This document shows, one piece after another, positions 18,972-29,361 of a stretch of DNA of 64,000 nt (positions are counted from its first letter, which is position 1; each line of letters begins with the position of its first letter). The stretch spans positions 49,256 through 113,255 of the forward strand of contig JAAUZD010000016.1 of NCBI GenBank assembly GCA_014804785.1, read 5' to 3'. Made by a program: the position numbers and the translations under genes. The DNA comes from Lachnospiraceae bacterium (lineage in GTDB: Bacteria > Bacillota > Clostridia > Lachnospirales > Lachnospiraceae). Below the pieces are notes generated by a model. That model was not told where the DNA came from. It searched no databases and saw only the letters and a program-made list of their open reading frames with translations.

Positions 18972-19015
18972 TAAAAATATGACTTTATTATTTACTCTTC
19001 AATGGTGATGCATTT

Positions 19016-19975
19016 ATGAATTTTACTAATTTAAAAAATTTTATAGCCTTGGTAAACGCAGGAAATATCAGCCGTGCTGCCTCCCAGCTATATATTTCCC
19101 AACAAACACTCAGCGAGAACCTTGCTAAGCTGGAGCTGGAGATTGGCACCACACTATTCAACCGTGGAAAGCACATTGTTCTTACTCCGGCAGGCAAACG
19201 TTTTTATTCCTTTGCACTGAATACTATTGAAGAACAGAATGCTATGAAAAATGATATTCAGCAGATTATAGATAGTGAAAAGAAAACGGTCTCCTGTGGT
19301 GTGCAGACTTTTGAATCGCCGATATTTCTTTCCAATCTTTTGATGCGTTTTTATGAAATTTATCCGGATTACCGCGTAAATATATATTCCCAGAAAAATC
19401 TGGATTCCAGTGCTCAGGATCATGTAGATGTTGATTTTATTTTCAGCGATTTTGATTTGGATGGTTCCATTCATTTTGCTGAGGCAGACTGGCATTATGA
19501 ATGCCTTTCGAGAAGTAACAGATTTGCAATTATTGCCAAAAAAACCTTACTGAGTGAAGTCTATGGAGACAAATGGTGTGATATCGAAAAGATGCTTCTT
19601 GCTGAAAAATCCTTATCCATCGTCCATAACCTTCCTTTTCTCACGGTGCGGAATCAAAACAATTTGCATTATCGCACGCTAAAAAGGGCGTTTGAGCTTT
19701 CAGGTCTTGAACCTAATATAGGATTTCAGGTGGATATGAATAGCCTGACAAACGATTTATGTGCTAAAGGTGTTGCCGCATATTTTGGTCCTGAAGGACT
19801 ATGTCGGCTGAAATTTAATACCTTTATCAACGTTTCTGATTTGTGCTTATATCCAGTCATTATTCCGAATCTCTACAATGGAATTGCAATCTGTTACAAA
19901 AAAAAGAATGTTTTAAACAGCGCACAGCTTAAGTTTATTAAATTAAGTAAGGAATTGGCCGACGGCGAAACATAA
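19016..19975 (+). CDS. LysR family transcriptional regulator
   Basis: N-terminal wHTH FIALVNAGNISRAASQLYISQQTLSENLAKLE, about 320 aa. Divergent from the catabolic operon. Confidence 0.9.
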   Translation: MNFTNLKNFIALVNAGNISRAASQLYISQQTLSENLAKLELEIGTTLFNRGKHIVLTPAGKRFYSFALNTIEEQNAMKNDIQQIIDSEKKTVSCGVQTFESPIFLSNLLMRFYEIYPDYRVNIYSQKNLDSSAQDHVDVDFIFSDFDLDGSIHFAEADWHYECLSRSNRFAIIAKKTLLSEVYGDKWCDIEKMLLAEKSLSIVHNLPFLTVRNQNNLHYRTLKRAFELSGLEPNIGFQVDMNSLTNDLCAKGVAAYFGPEGLCRLKFNTFINVSDLCLYPVIIPNLYNGIAICYKKKNVLNSAQLKFIKLSKELADGET

Positions 19976-19992
19976 TTTGATATATAAATCAA

Positions 19993-20016
19993 AACCCCGC
20001 ATTCTCATGCGGGGTT
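19993..20016 (-). terminator. Rho-independent terminator after rplQ (end of the alpha operon)
   Basis: Stem AACCCCGCAT (19993-20002) / ATGCGGGGTT (20007-20016), loop TCTC, with a U-run on the minus strand (plus AAAA 19991-19994). May also stop the convergent LysR gene. Confidence 0.8.
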
Positions 20017-20029
20017 CCTATCTTGCTGA

Positions 20030-20566
20030 TTAAACTAACTCGAGCACTACTTCCATAGCGCCGTCGCCCTTACGCTGACCAATTTTGATGATTCTTGTAT
20101 AACCACCATTACGGCTTGCGTACTTAGGACCATATTCATCAAATAACTTGGCAACAAGGTCTACTTCCTTTGTTCCTTTCTTTCTTCCTGCATTTGTTGT
20201 AGGAACTTCTGTTACAGGATATAAAACCTTGAGCATCTGATGTCTTGCATGCAGCCTGGAAGGAAGATCCTTCTTAATTTCCTTATCCACTGTTTCAAAT
20301 TTGGTGACTTTCTTGCCGTCAATTACTTCTTTTACTCTCTTTCCGTCTTTGTCCTTTACAGGAACCTTTGCAGAAACGGTAACTGTCTCGTAATTGTCTT
20401 TTTCTTTAACAGCAAGTGCGATAAGTCCGTCAACGATCTTCTGAACTTCTTTTGCTCTCGCCTGTGTGGTAACGATTTTGCCCTTATAAATAAGACCTGT
20501 TACCTGATTTCTAAGTAATGCTTTTCTCTGGTCTGATCTCTTTCCCAGTTTTCTGTATTTTGCCAT
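20030..20566 (-). CDS. rplQ: 50S ribosomal protein L17 (bL17) with a large internal insertion
   Basis: [21 protein letters not shown]...[37 protein letters not shown]. 178 aa from the Met at 20566, versus about 115-130 aa for typical L17. Confidence 0.93.
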   Translation of the reverse strand: MAKYRKLGKRSDQRKALLRNQVTGLIYKGKIVTTQARAKEVQKIVDGLIALAVKEKDNYETVTVSAKVPVKDKDGKRVKEVIDGKKVTKFETVDKEIKKDLPSRLHARHQMLKVLYPVTEVPTTNAGRKKGTKEVDLVAKLFDEYGPKYASRNGGYTRIIKIGQRKGDGAMEVVLELV

Positions 20567-20738
20567 CTTTTTGGCTCCTTTCTCAATGGGTCTAAAGCCC
20601 TTCATGGTACATCCGGTCACGCTCTTTGGACTTACTTACCGAATGCAGTTACATTCCATTTATGAGAACGCACTGCGAACTCTTTGGATTTACCGCTATG
20701 CGCATCACAACACAAATAAGTAATGATTAGAAATAGAA

Positions 20739-21698
20739 TTAAACTTCATCGCTTGGATTAAGCTGTAATCCTAATTCTTTCAGTTTTGCTAAAACCTCTT
20801 CCAATGACTTGCGACCTAAGTTACGGACCTTCATCATATCTTCCGAGGTCTTATTTGTCAATTCTTCAACCGTATTGATGCCGGCTCTCTTTAAGCAGTT
20901 ATAGGAACGGACTGACAACTCTAACTCGTCAATACTCATTTCCAGTACTTTTTCCTTTTCATCTTCTTCTTTTTCTACCATAACTTCTGCAGTCTTGGCA
21001 TTTTCAGACAGGTCAATGAAAAGACCTAAATGTTCGCTGAGTACTTTTGCAGCTAAGCTGACCGCTTCATCAGGTACCAGTGTTCCGTTTGTATATACGT
21101 CGAGTGTCAGTTTGTCGAAATCGGTAATCTGTCCAACACGTGTATTTTCAACGGTTACATTAACTCTCTCAACAGGTGTATAGATGGAATCAATCGCAAT
21201 CACGCCAATTGGAAGGTCATCGCTCTTATTCTTATCTGCGCTTACATAACCTCTTCCTCTTGTGATTGTGAGTTCCATGTACAGCTTGGTATTCTTGCCG
21301 CTCAAAGTCGCAATCGTAAGTTCAGGATTAAGTATTTCAATATCCTGATCACACTGAATATCTGAAGCCTTGACTACTCCCTCCCCTTCATACTCAATAT
21401 ATGCGGTTTTGGGTTCGTTTGTATCGCTGTTGTTTCTAATTGCAAGGCTCTTGATGTTCATGATAATTTCAGTCACATCCTCCTTGACACCTTCAATGGA
21501 ACTGAACTCATGAAGCACGCCTTCAATCTTGACCTGGCTTACAGCAGCACCAGGAAGTGAAGAGAGCATAATTCTTCTAAGTGAATTACCAAGTGTGATA
21601 CCGTAACCTCTTTCCAAAGGTTCTACGACAAATCTGCCATACTTTTCATCCTCAGAGATTTCTGCTACCTCAATATTTGGTCTTTCAAAATCAAACAT
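20739..21698 (-). CDS. rpoA: DNA-directed RNA polymerase subunit alpha
   Basis: 319 aa [33 protein letters not shown]..., with the C-terminal domain motif [15 protein letters not shown]. Confidence 0.97.
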   Translation of the reverse strand: MFDFERPNIEVAEISEDEKYGRFVVEPLERGYGITLGNSLRRIMLSSLPGAAVSQVKIEGVLHEFSSIEGVKEDVTEIIMNIKSLAIRNNSDTNEPKTAYIEYEGEGVVKASDIQCDQDIEILNPELTIATLSGKNTKLYMELTITRGRGYVSADKNKSDDLPIGVIAIDSIYTPVERVNVTVENTRVGQITDFDKLTLDVYTNGTLVPDEAVSLAAKVLSEHLGLFIDLSENAKTAEVMVEKEEDEKEKVLEMSIDELELSVRSYNCLKRAGINTVEELTNKTSEDMMKVRNLGRKSLEEVLAKLKELGLQLNPSDEV

Positions 21699-21777
21699 TG
21701 CAAATACCCTCCTTTACGAACAATATAGACGCGCTTAGACAGCGCATAACGCTGCCTAAAGCATCTTTTATAAGGTT

Positions 21778-22371
21778 TTATTTAGAATATAATTCGACGA
21801 TAAGCATCTCATTTACAGGAACGTCAATCATTTCTCTTGTAGGAAGGTTCTTTACAGTTCCCTTCAATGCTTCCTGGTCCACATCAATCCATTCAGGAAC
21901 CAGTCTTCCTGCTGTTACTTCAAGGATATCTTTGTATCTCTGTAAGGATTTGGATTTTTCTCTGATTTCAATAACATCCCCTGCCTTGATTAAGTAAGAA
22001 GGGATATTAACCTGCTTTCCGTTTACCAATACATGCTTATGACCAACTACCTGTCTGGCTTCTCTTCTGGTTCTTGCAAATCCCATTCTGAACACTACAC
22101 TGTCAAGTCTGCGCTCAAGCATGATCATAAGATTTTCACCAGTCATGCCTTTCATTCTGTCAGCCTTTTCGTAGTAGTTTCTAAAAGGTTTCTCAAGCAC
22201 GCCGTAGATGAATTTTGCTTTCTGCTTCTCGCGCAGCTGAAGACCATATTCACTTACTTTCTTGCCTGCTCTTGCATTTGTCCTGTTAGATTTCTTGTCA
22301 TATCCTAAAAATACGGGATCAAGACCAAGTGATCTACATCTTTTTAATACCGGAACTCTGTTTACTGCCAT
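21778..22371 (-). CDS. rpsD: 30S ribosomal protein S4 (uS4)
   Basis: [19 protein letters not shown]...; start at an internal Met of ORF 21778..22422. Confidence 0.95.
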   Translation of the reverse strand: MAVNRVPVLKRCRSLGLDPVFLGYDKKSNRTNARAGKKVSEYGLQLREKQKAKFIYGVLEKPFRNYYEKADRMKGMTGENLMIMLERRLDSVVFRMGFARTRREARQVVGHKHVLVNGKQVNIPSYLIKAGDVIEIREKSKSLQRYKDILEVTAGRLVPEWIDVDQEALKGTVKNLPTREMIDVPVNEMLIVELYSK

Positions 22372-22443
22372 TTTTCTTTTCCTCCTGTTATTGTTTACAG
22401 CGCCATGAGCGCCTTCTTCCAACTATTTTTATTGACTATGATA

Positions 22444-22842
22444 CTATACGCGGCGGCGCTTAGGCGGACGACATCCATTATGAGGAACAGGTGTCACGTC
22501 TCTAATACTTGTTACTTCCAGCCCGCATGCGGAAAGTGCACGAATTGCTGCTTCACGTCCTGAACCAGGACCCTTAACCATAACGTCGACTGTCTTTAAA
22601 CCATGAATCAAAGCAGCTTTAGTAGCTGTTTCAGCTGCCATCTGCGCTGCATATGGAGTAGATTTCCTTGAACCTCTAAAGCCAAGACCACCGGCACTTG
22701 CCCAGCTAAGAGCATTACCTTCGTTGTCTGTCAATGTAACAATTGTATTGTTAAAAGAAGACTGGATATGTGCCTGTCCATGTTCAACGTTTTTCTTGAC
22801 ACGTTTTTTTGTCACTTTTTTCGTAACTTTTTTTGCTGCCAT
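22444..22842 (-). CDS. rpsK: 30S ribosomal protein S11 (uS11)
   Basis: ...[18 protein letters not shown]...[13 protein letters not shown]. Confidence 0.97.
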   Translation of the reverse strand: MAAKKVTKKVTKKRVKKNVEHGQAHIQSSFNNTIVTLTDNEGNALSWASAGGLGFRGSRKSTPYAAQMAAETATKAALIHGLKTVDVMVKGPGSGREAAIRALSACGLEVTSIRDVTPVPHNGCRPPKRRRV

Positions 22843-22935
22843 TTAAACTAACCTACTTTCTTTAAAATCATTGTGAATTGTTTCAAAAATACCTGTTTGC
22901 AACATCCGCACAAACCGAACCTTTCGCTGCATACA

Positions 22936-23304
22936 TTATTTCTTCTTATTAGCAACTGTTCTCTTAGGTCCTTTTCTTGTTCTTGCGTTTGTTTTTGTCT
23001 TCTGTCCACGTACAGGAAGACCTTTCCTATGACGGATACCTCTGTAGCATCCAATTTCCTGAAGTCTCTTAATGTTCATGGCAACTTCTCTTCTCAAGTC
23101 ACCTTCAACCATGTAACCAGCGTCAATCACTTCACTGATTCTCTTAACTTCATCATCCGTCAGCTCTCTGACACGAGTATCAGGATTAACCTTTGCCTGT
23201 TCCAGAATCTTGTTAGAACTTGCTCTTCCGATTCCATAAACATAAGTCAAACCAATTTCTACACGTTTTTCTCTGGGTAAGTCAACACCTGCAATACGAG
23301 CCAT
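22936..23304 (-). CDS. rpsM: 30S ribosomal protein S13 (uS13)
   Basis: [26 protein letters not shown]... Confidence 0.97.
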   Translation of the reverse strand: MARIAGVDLPREKRVEIGLTYVYGIGRASSNKILEQAKVNPDTRVRELTDDEVKRISEVIDAGYMVEGDLRREVAMNIKRLQEIGCYRGIRHRKGLPVRGQKTKTNARTRKGPKRTVANKKK

Positions 23305-23567
23305 TTACATTTCCTCCATTTTCTTTTGCGCATCCAATATGCGCTGATACTAATTGATTGGGGCAATTTTAACCCAATCGGATTTCACCGATCTTACGCG
23401 AATACATCGCCTGCAGACTTTCTGCACGCAAAATTCATCACGAACCAAGAAGTAATCACTAAGGCCCTTTTGTACAATTATATAAATCAGTACAGCTTCG
23501 TCTGACGCTGCACTGCAGCCGCTTCATAATAATTGGACAAGAACCCTCCTGTTTTTAAAACAGCGGA
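23305..23567 (-). promoter_or_regulatory. 263-nt structured spacer between rpmJ and rpsM (candidate alpha-operon leader)
   Basis: At least five minus-strand hairpins: TGCAGA-AAG-TCTGCA, ATCGG..CCGAT, GATTGGG..CCCAATC, GCGCAT..ATGCGC, GCTGCA..GCAGC. No ORF. Confidence 0.4.
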
Positions 23568-23681
23568 TTATCCTTGTCTCTGTTTGTGCTTCGGATTCTC
23601 ACAGATTACTCTGATACGTCCTTTTCTCTTGATGATTTTGCACTTTTCGCAAATCGGTTTTACTGATGATCTAACCTTCAT
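23568..23681 (-). CDS. rpmJ: 50S ribosomal protein L36 (bL36), zinc-binding type
   Basis: Not in the ORF track because it is under 60 aa. My manual translation of the minus strand gives [37 protein letters not shown]. Confidence 0.93.
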   Translation of the reverse strand: MKVRSSVKPICEKCKIIKRKGRIRVICENPKHKQRQG

Positions 23682-23769
23682 GTTAAACCCTCCTTTCAAA
23701 AAAGACCGTTTTACATTATAGCATGATATATCTACAAATGCAAGCATTTTCTATAGTTGTTTGTATAAA

Positions 23770-23988
23770 CTATTTATCTCTCCAGATAATCCTTCCTTTA
23801 CTGAGATCATAAGGAGATAATTCCAAAGTAACTTTATCTCCGGGAAGAATACGAATAAAGTTCTGTCTTAATTTTCCGCTAATATGCGCCAATACCCGGT
23901 GTCCATTTTCAAGTTCTACCTGAAACATGGTGTTGGGAAGCTTCTCCACTACAGTTCCTTCAATCTCAATTACATCAGCTTTTGACAT
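23770..23988 (-). CDS. infA: Translation initiation factor IF-1
   Basis: [41 protein letters not shown]... Confidence 0.97.
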   Translation of the reverse strand: MSKADVIEIEGTVVEKLPNTMFQVELENGHRVLAHISGKLRQNFIRILPGDKVTLELSPYDLSKGRIIWRDK

Positions 23989-24017
23989 GCGTTACCTCCT
24001 TAACTACAGGCATCTTA

Positions 24018-24287
24018 CTATTTTTGATACCCTTCCTTCATTCTTACTTTAATAGCATACTTGATTTCTTCATTATATATGATATTCTGATTTTTTATTT
24101 TTTCCAGCAAAACCTCATCAAGGCCCGTCTTTACCAGCTGCAGATGTTTTTTCCGCTTCTTCTTGGGATGATCCAGTTTTCTGATATCCCCGTCCACCAG
24201 ATAGGCAAAATCTCTATCCTCGCGAATAATGATATACATCTGCCCTTTATCATGTCCTGCCTTGGATATGGCAAACATTCCTGTCAT
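24018..24287 (-). CDS. KOW-domain RNA-binding protein (small conserved gene between map and infA)
   Basis: MTGMFAISKAGHDKGQMYIIIREDRDFAYLVDGDIRKLDHPKKKRKKHL... The start at 24287 is 5 nt after GGAGG. The longer ORF to 24401 overlaps map. Confidence 0.75.
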   Translation of the reverse strand: MTGMFAISKAGHDKGQMYIIIREDRDFAYLVDGDIRKLDHPKKKRKKHLQLVKTGLDEVLLEKIKNQNIIYNEEIKYAIKVRMKEGYQK

Positions 24288-24312
24288 ACTTTCCTCCATT
24301 TTGCAGCAGACT

Positions 24313-25077
24313 TCAGGCTCCTTCCGGCAAAAGCGTAAGGATTTCCGGCTCTCCATCCGTAATGAGCACCGTATTTTCATAATGTGCCGAGAGGGAACCA
24401 TCCTCCGTCACAACTGTCCAGTCATCATCCAGCCATTCCACGTAACAACTGCCCATATTGATCATCGGCTCTATCGCCAATGTCATCCCTGCACGAAGCT
24501 TAATCCCTCTGCGCCACTGTCTGAAATTGGGTATCTGGGGTTCTTCATGAAGACTTGTGCCGATTCCATGTCCCACCAGATCCCTTACGATTCCATAACC
24601 GAACCTACTGCAATACGCATCAATGGCATTTGATATATCGTGCAGGTGACAGCCTGCTCTGGCATATTTGATCCCTTCAAAAAAGCTCTGTCTGGTAACT
24701 TCAATCAGTTTTGCCGCCTGCGCACTCACCTTTCCCACTGGATAGGTACGTGCCGCATCAGAATGATACCCTTTATAAATAAGCCCCGCATCCAGGCTGA
24801 CGATGTCGCCTTCCATCAAGATTCTCTCTTTGGATGGAATGCCATGAACCACTTCGTCATTAACAGAAACACATATGGATGCCGGATAGCCATTATAGTT
24901 CAGGAAATTAGGTATGCATCCATAGCTGCGGATCAGTTTTTCTCCTAAAGCGTCAATTTCCCAAGTGGATATTCCCGGTTTTATTGCTTCTCCAAGTTCT
25001 GCGTGAACCTTAGCAAGGATTTTGCAGGATTCACGCATAAGCTCAATTTCTCTTTCCGATTTAATCGTTACAGCCAT
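24313..25077 (-). CDS. map: Type I methionyl aminopeptidase
   Basis: 254 aa. Metal-ligand context VVHGIP, DIVSLD, GHGIG, LAIEPM, ENTVLIT. Confidence 0.95.
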   Translation of the reverse strand: MAVTIKSEREIELMRESCKILAKVHAELGEAIKPGISTWEIDALGEKLIRSYGCIPNFLNYNGYPASICVSVNDEVVHGIPSKERILMEGDIVSLDAGLIYKGYHSDAARTYPVGKVSAQAAKLIEVTRQSFFEGIKYARAGCHLHDISNAIDAYCSRFGYGIVRDLVGHGIGTSLHEEPQIPNFRQWRRGIKLRAGMTLAIEPMINMGSCYVEWLDDDWTVVTEDGSLSAHYENTVLITDGEPEILTLLPEGA

Positions 25078-25093
25078 TTGAGATCCTTGCCTT

Positions 25094-25735
25094 TCAACCT
25101 AAAATAGACTCGATTGCTGAAAATACATCTTTCATGTCTACCGTTCCGTCTACCGTCTTTAAAATGCCCTTGGCACTGTAAAATTCAATCAATGGCTGAG
25201 TCTGCTTATGATAAACATCCAGACGGTTTGCAACTGTTTCCGGCTTATCATCATCACGAAGAACAAGTTCCTTTCCGCAGGTATCACAGATGCCCTCTTT
25301 TTTCGGCGGAATATGTTCTATATGATAAGTAGCGCCGCAGGTTAAGCAAGCACGTCTGCCGCCCATCCTTCTAATAATGTTTTCATCCGGCACATCTACA
25401 TTGATTGCATAATCAATCTTATCATTTATCTCAGACAGCGCCTTGTCAAGCACCTCTGCCTGGGGAATTGTTCTGGGAAATCCGTCCAGAACGTACCCAT
25501 TCTTACAATCATCCTGTGCGACTCTGTCCAAGAGGATCTTCACCGTCAGTTCATCAGGCACCAGAAGCCCCTGATCCATGTATTTTTTTGCCTCCATTCC
25601 AAGTTCAGTACCGTTTTTGATATTGGATCTGAAGATATCACCTGTGGAAATATGAGGAACATTATATTTATCTGCAATCATTTTCGCCTGTGTGCCTTTA
25701 CCTGCACCAGGCGCACCTAACATAATTATTTTCAT
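25094..25735 (-). CDS. adk: Adenylate kinase
   Basis: MKIIMLGAPGAGKGTQA... with a zinc-lid CxxC...CxxC motif. Confidence 0.97.
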   Translation of the reverse strand: MKIIMLGAPGAGKGTQAKMIADKYNVPHISTGDIFRSNIKNGTELGMEAKKYMDQGLLVPDELTVKILLDRVAQDDCKNGYVLDGFPRTIPQAEVLDKALSEINDKIDYAINVDVPDENIIRRMGGRRACLTCGATYHIEHIPPKKEGICDTCGKELVLRDDDKPETVANRLDVYHKQTQPLIEFYSAKGILKTVDGTVDMKDVFSAIESILG

Positions 25736-25851
25736 TATTATACGATACCTTTCACTCTTTCTCTCATGCTAATATAGAGGCAAAAGAAAAGCTGCACTTT
25801 GTGCGTCAGGCTTTTCTTTAACCTCTAATCTATTTCATGCCAAACGACTCT

Positions 25852-27165
25852 CTAGTCATTTAAGAAACCTTTGTAATTACGTACCAACATCTGTGATTCA
25901 ATCTGCTTGATTGTCTCAAGGACAACGCTGACAATAATGATCAGACTGGTTCCTCCAAAGGAAACTGATGCGCCGAATATACCGTTAAATAAAAATGGAA
26001 CAACGCACACAATCGTAAGACCTACAGCACCTATGAAGATAATGTAATTCAAAATTTTCGTCAAATATTCACTGGTCGGCTTACCAGGTCTAATCCCCGG
26101 AATAAATCCGCCCTGCTTCTTCATATTCTCTGCAATCTCTATCGGATTGAACGTAATGGAAGTGTAAAAATAAGCAAAGAAGATAACCAAAGCGATATAC
26201 ACAACCAACCCGATAGAATAAACTGGTTCTGAAGGCTTGCACCAGTTACTGGAATTCAGCCCACGCAGGATCTGTCCCCATACGCCGCCTCCATTGTAAT
26301 TGAAAAAGCTACTGATAACGATTGGCAGCTGCATCAGTGATGATGCAAAAATAATCGGGATAACACCAGCAGTGTTAATTTTTAAGGGGATGGAAGAAGT
26401 CTGACCTCCTACCATTTTTCTTCCCTGAACCTTTTTAGCATACTGAACCGGAATTTTACGGACACCGTCATTTAAAATGATAACCATGACAATCATTGCC
26501 AGAATAATGGCTATAATGATAACTGCCGCTACAGCTCCTACCGCAATTGCTTTACCAAATACAAACTGTTCAAACAATTGTTTAATGTCCTGGGGAATCC
26601 TGGAAATAATATTGATAATCAGCACGATAGAAATACCGTTTCCTACACCCTTTTCGGTAATCCGCTCACCTACCCACATGAGAAATGCACTGCCTGCAGT
26701 AAGTGCTGCAACGACTGTGATTACACTGAGTGCATTCTTTTCCTTGAGCATGTTTCCATTCCAGAATGCAATTGCCATTGCAAAGCCTTCAATAAGTGCA
26801 AGCGCCACCGTCACATAACGGGTAATGGACGCAATCTTCTTTCGGCCATCTTCGCCTTCCTTCTGCATCTCTTCCAGCTTCGGAATCGCAATCGTAAGAA
26901 GCTGCATAATAATGGATGATGTGATATATGGCGTAATGTTCAGTGCCAAAATGGACATTCTTTCAAATGAACCACCTGTAAATGCATTAAAAAAGCTGAA
27001 ATTCTCTCCCATATTCTGATTGAACCAGTTAGAGAATTCATCAATTCTTACTCCCGGCACAGGCAGCTGTGATCCAAAACGAATCACAACCAGCATGCCT
27101 AATGTAAATAATAGCTTATTTCTAATCTCTTTGATTTTTAAAGCGTTTTTTAAGGTTGTAAGCAT
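25852..27165 (-). CDS. secY: Preprotein translocase subunit SecY
   Basis: 437 aa, 10 TM. Position between rplO and adk. Confidence 0.97.
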   Translation of the reverse strand: MLTTLKNALKIKEIRNKLLFTLGMLVVIRFGSQLPVPGVRIDEFSNWFNQNMGENFSFFNAFTGGSFERMSILALNITPYITSSIIMQLLTIAIPKLEEMQKEGEDGRKKIASITRYVTVALALIEGFAMAIAFWNGNMLKEKNALSVITVVAALTAGSAFLMWVGERITEKGVGNGISIVLIINIISRIPQDIKQLFEQFVFGKAIAVGAVAAVIIIAIILAMIVMVIILNDGVRKIPVQYAKKVQGRKMVGGQTSSIPLKINTAGVIPIIFASSLMQLPIVISSFFNYNGGGVWGQILRGLNSSNWCKPSEPVYSIGLVVYIALVIFFAYFYTSITFNPIEIAENMKKQGGFIPGIRPGKPTSEYLTKILNYIIFIGAVGLTIVCVVPFLFNGIFGASVSFGGTSLIIIVSVVLETIKQIESQMLVRNYKGFLND

Positions 27166-27166
27166 A

Positions 27167-27625
27167 TTACATCACCTCTGCAGTTCCACCAACAGCTTCA
27201 ATTTTTTCTTTTGCGGATGCGCTGAAAGCATTTGCCTTCACTGTAAGCTTCTTGGTAATTTCTCCATTTCCGAGGATCTTAACGCCATCTTTAGGATTTT
27301 TAACGATGCCGCTCTCCATCAATGCCTGGACGTCTACTACAGCGCCATCTTCAAATCTGTCATTCAATACAGCTAAATTGATACCAACGATTTCCTTTGA
27401 GCTTGGGCAGGTAAAGCCTCTCTTAGGAATTCTTCTGTATAAAGGCATCTGACCACCTTCAAAGCCCGGTCTGGGTGCTCCTGAACGAGCCTTCTGACCC
27501 TTGTGTCCTTTACCGGCTGTCTTGCCATTCCCTGAACCGTGTCCACGACCTCTTCTAAAATTATCACTATGCTTAGAACCTTCTGCAGGTCTTAAATTTG
27601 ATAATTCAATACTCATTGCTGACAC
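27167..27625 (-). CDS. rplO: 50S ribosomal protein L15 (uL15)
   Basis: ...[42 protein letters not shown]... The start could instead be the Met at 27616. Confidence 0.95.
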   Translation of the reverse strand: MSAMSIELSNLRPAEGSKHSDNFRRGRGHGSGNGKTAGKGHKGQKARSGAPRPGFEGGQMPLYRRIPKRGFTCPSSKEIVGINLAVLNDRFEDGAVVDVQALMESGIVKNPKDGVKILGNGEITKKLTVKANAFSASAKEKIEAVGGTAEVM

Positions 27626-27638
27626 CTCCTTATCTTTA

Positions 27639-27827
27639 TTAAACTTCTTCTACTTTAACTAAATGCCTGATCTGCTGAATCTGACCTCTTGTAGCTGCAT
27701 TGTCGGGCAGTACAATTGACTTATTTAGCTTTCTAAGTCCCATAGAATTAACGGTAGCTTTATGCTTGGGAACTGCTCCGATAGGAGACTTTACTAAAGT
27801 AATCTTCAACATTTTCTGCTCTGCCAT
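27639..27827 (-). CDS. rpmD: 50S ribosomal protein L30 (uL30)
   Basis: [37 protein letters not shown]... Confidence 0.95.
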   Translation of the reverse strand: MAEQKMLKITLVKSPIGAVPKHKATVNSMGLRKLNKSIVLPDNAATRGQIQQIRHLVKVEEV

Positions 27828-27841
27828 CTTATCGTTCCCTC

Positions 27842-28351
27842 CTATGCCATAATTTCTTCTACAGATTTTCCGCGCTTTTTAGCTACTTCCTCTGGTGTCT
27901 TAAGCGCATTTAAACCTGCAATCGTTGCAAGTACAACGTTCTGCTTATTGTTGGATCCCAATGATTTTGTACGGATATTTTTGATACCTGCAAGTTCACA
28001 GACAATACGGGCAGGACCACCAGCAATGATACCTGTACCTTCGGGAGCCTTCTTTAAAAGAACGGAAGCAGAACCGAATTTTCCTGTAAAATCATGTGTA
28101 ATACTCTTATTATCATCAGTTGCTACAGAAACCATGTTTTTGATGGCATCCTCTTTGCCTTTACGGATTGCCTCGGGAATTTCTGTTGCCTTACCAAGAC
28201 CAGCGCCTACATGACCATTCATATCTCCAACTACTACCAGGGCTGTAAAACGCATGTTACGACCGCCCTTAACAACCTTGGTTACTCGCTTGATGGATAC
28301 CACTTTTTCTGTTAATTCCATGCCGCTGACATCGATAATTGTATGTCTCAT
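27842..28351 (-). CDS. rpsE: 30S ribosomal protein S5 (uS5)
   Basis: ...[28 protein letters not shown]... Confidence 0.97.
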   Translation of the reverse strand: MRHTIIDVSGMELTEKVVSIKRVTKVVKGGRNMRFTALVVVGDMNGHVGAGLGKATEIPEAIRKGKEDAIKNMVSVATDDNKSITHDFTGKFGSASVLLKKAPEGTGIIAGGPARIVCELAGIKNIRTKSLGSNNKQNVVLATIAGLNALKTPEEVAKKRGKSVEEIMA

Positions 28352-28368
28352 GTTAAGTTTCTCCCTTC

Positions 28369-28737
28369 CTAGAATTTCAAGCCAGCTTCTCTGGCTGCAT
28401 CAGCTAATGCTGCAATCTTACCCTGGTATATAAAGCCGCCTCTGTCAAAGACTACGGTATCAATACCTTTTTCAATTGCTCTCTTGGCAATAACTGTTCC
28501 CAAATATGCTGCTGCATCAACGTTATTGGTCTTTTCCAGCTGTGCTTTTACTTCTTTTTCAACAGTAGAAGCTGCAACTAAAGTATTTCCAACTGTATCG
28601 TCAATAATTTGAGCATACATATGATTATTACTTCTGAATACTGCAAGACGAGGTCTTTCAGTTGTACCGCTGAAACGGTTACGTATTTTCATGTGCTTTT
28701 TAGCACGAACTTTTTGTCTTGACTCTTTACTAACCAT
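28369..28737 (-). CDS. rplR: 50S ribosomal protein L18 (uL18)
   Basis: ...[20 protein letters not shown]...[27 protein letters not shown]. Confidence 0.97.
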   Translation of the reverse strand: MVSKESRQKVRAKKHMKIRNRFSGTTERPRLAVFRSNNHMYAQIIDDTVGNTLVAASTVEKEVKAQLEKTNNVDAAAYLGTVIAKRAIEKGIDTVVFDRGGFIYQGKIAALADAAREAGLKF

Positions 28738-28754
28738 CTTTACACTCTCCTTAT

Positions 28755-29297
28755 CTATTTCTTACCAGTCTTACCAACTTTACGTCTGATTGTTTCATCA
28801 GCATACTTGATACCTTTACCCTTGTAAGGTTCCGGTCTTCTCTTGTCTCTGATTTCAGCTGCGAATTGGCCAACTTTTTCTTTGTCAATACCCTTAACGA
28901 TGATGATGTTCTGACCATCCAGTACGGTTTCAATACCTTCAGGGTCAATCATCTCAACAGGGTGGGAATATCCTAAAGATAAGGTTAATTTATTGCCGGA
29001 TTTGGCTGCTCTGTAACCAACACCATTTACTTCCAGTTTCTTTTCATATCCGTTCGTAACACCAATCACCATGTTATTGATCAATGTTCTTGTCAGACCA
29101 TGCAAAGACTTCATTTTCTTTAAATCATTAGGTCTGGAAACAATCACTTCTGTTCCTTCCATCTTGATTTCCATTTCAGCCGGAAGCACTCTTTCCAGTG
29201 TTCCTTTAGGACCTTTTACAGTCACTTTGTTATTTTCTGCAATCTCTACAGTAACACCTGCAGGAATCGCGATTGGCATTCTTCCTATACGTGACAT
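28755..29297 (-). CDS. rplF: 50S ribosomal protein L6 (uL6)
   Basis: [34 protein letters not shown]... Confidence 0.97.
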   Translation of the reverse strand: MSRIGRMPIAIPAGVTVEIAENNKVTVKGPKGTLERVLPAEMEIKMEGTEVIVSRPNDLKKMKSLHGLTRTLINNMVIGVTNGYEKKLEVNGVGYRAAKSGNKLTLSLGYSHPVEMIDPEGIETVLDGQNIIIVKGIDKEKVGQFAAEIRDKRRPEPYKGKGIKYADETIRRKVGKTGKK

Positions 29298-29361
29298 GCC
29301 CGTACCTCCTATAATATTTGTTATGACTTGATAGTTTCAGACTCGAAAACTGCCGGCGTGC

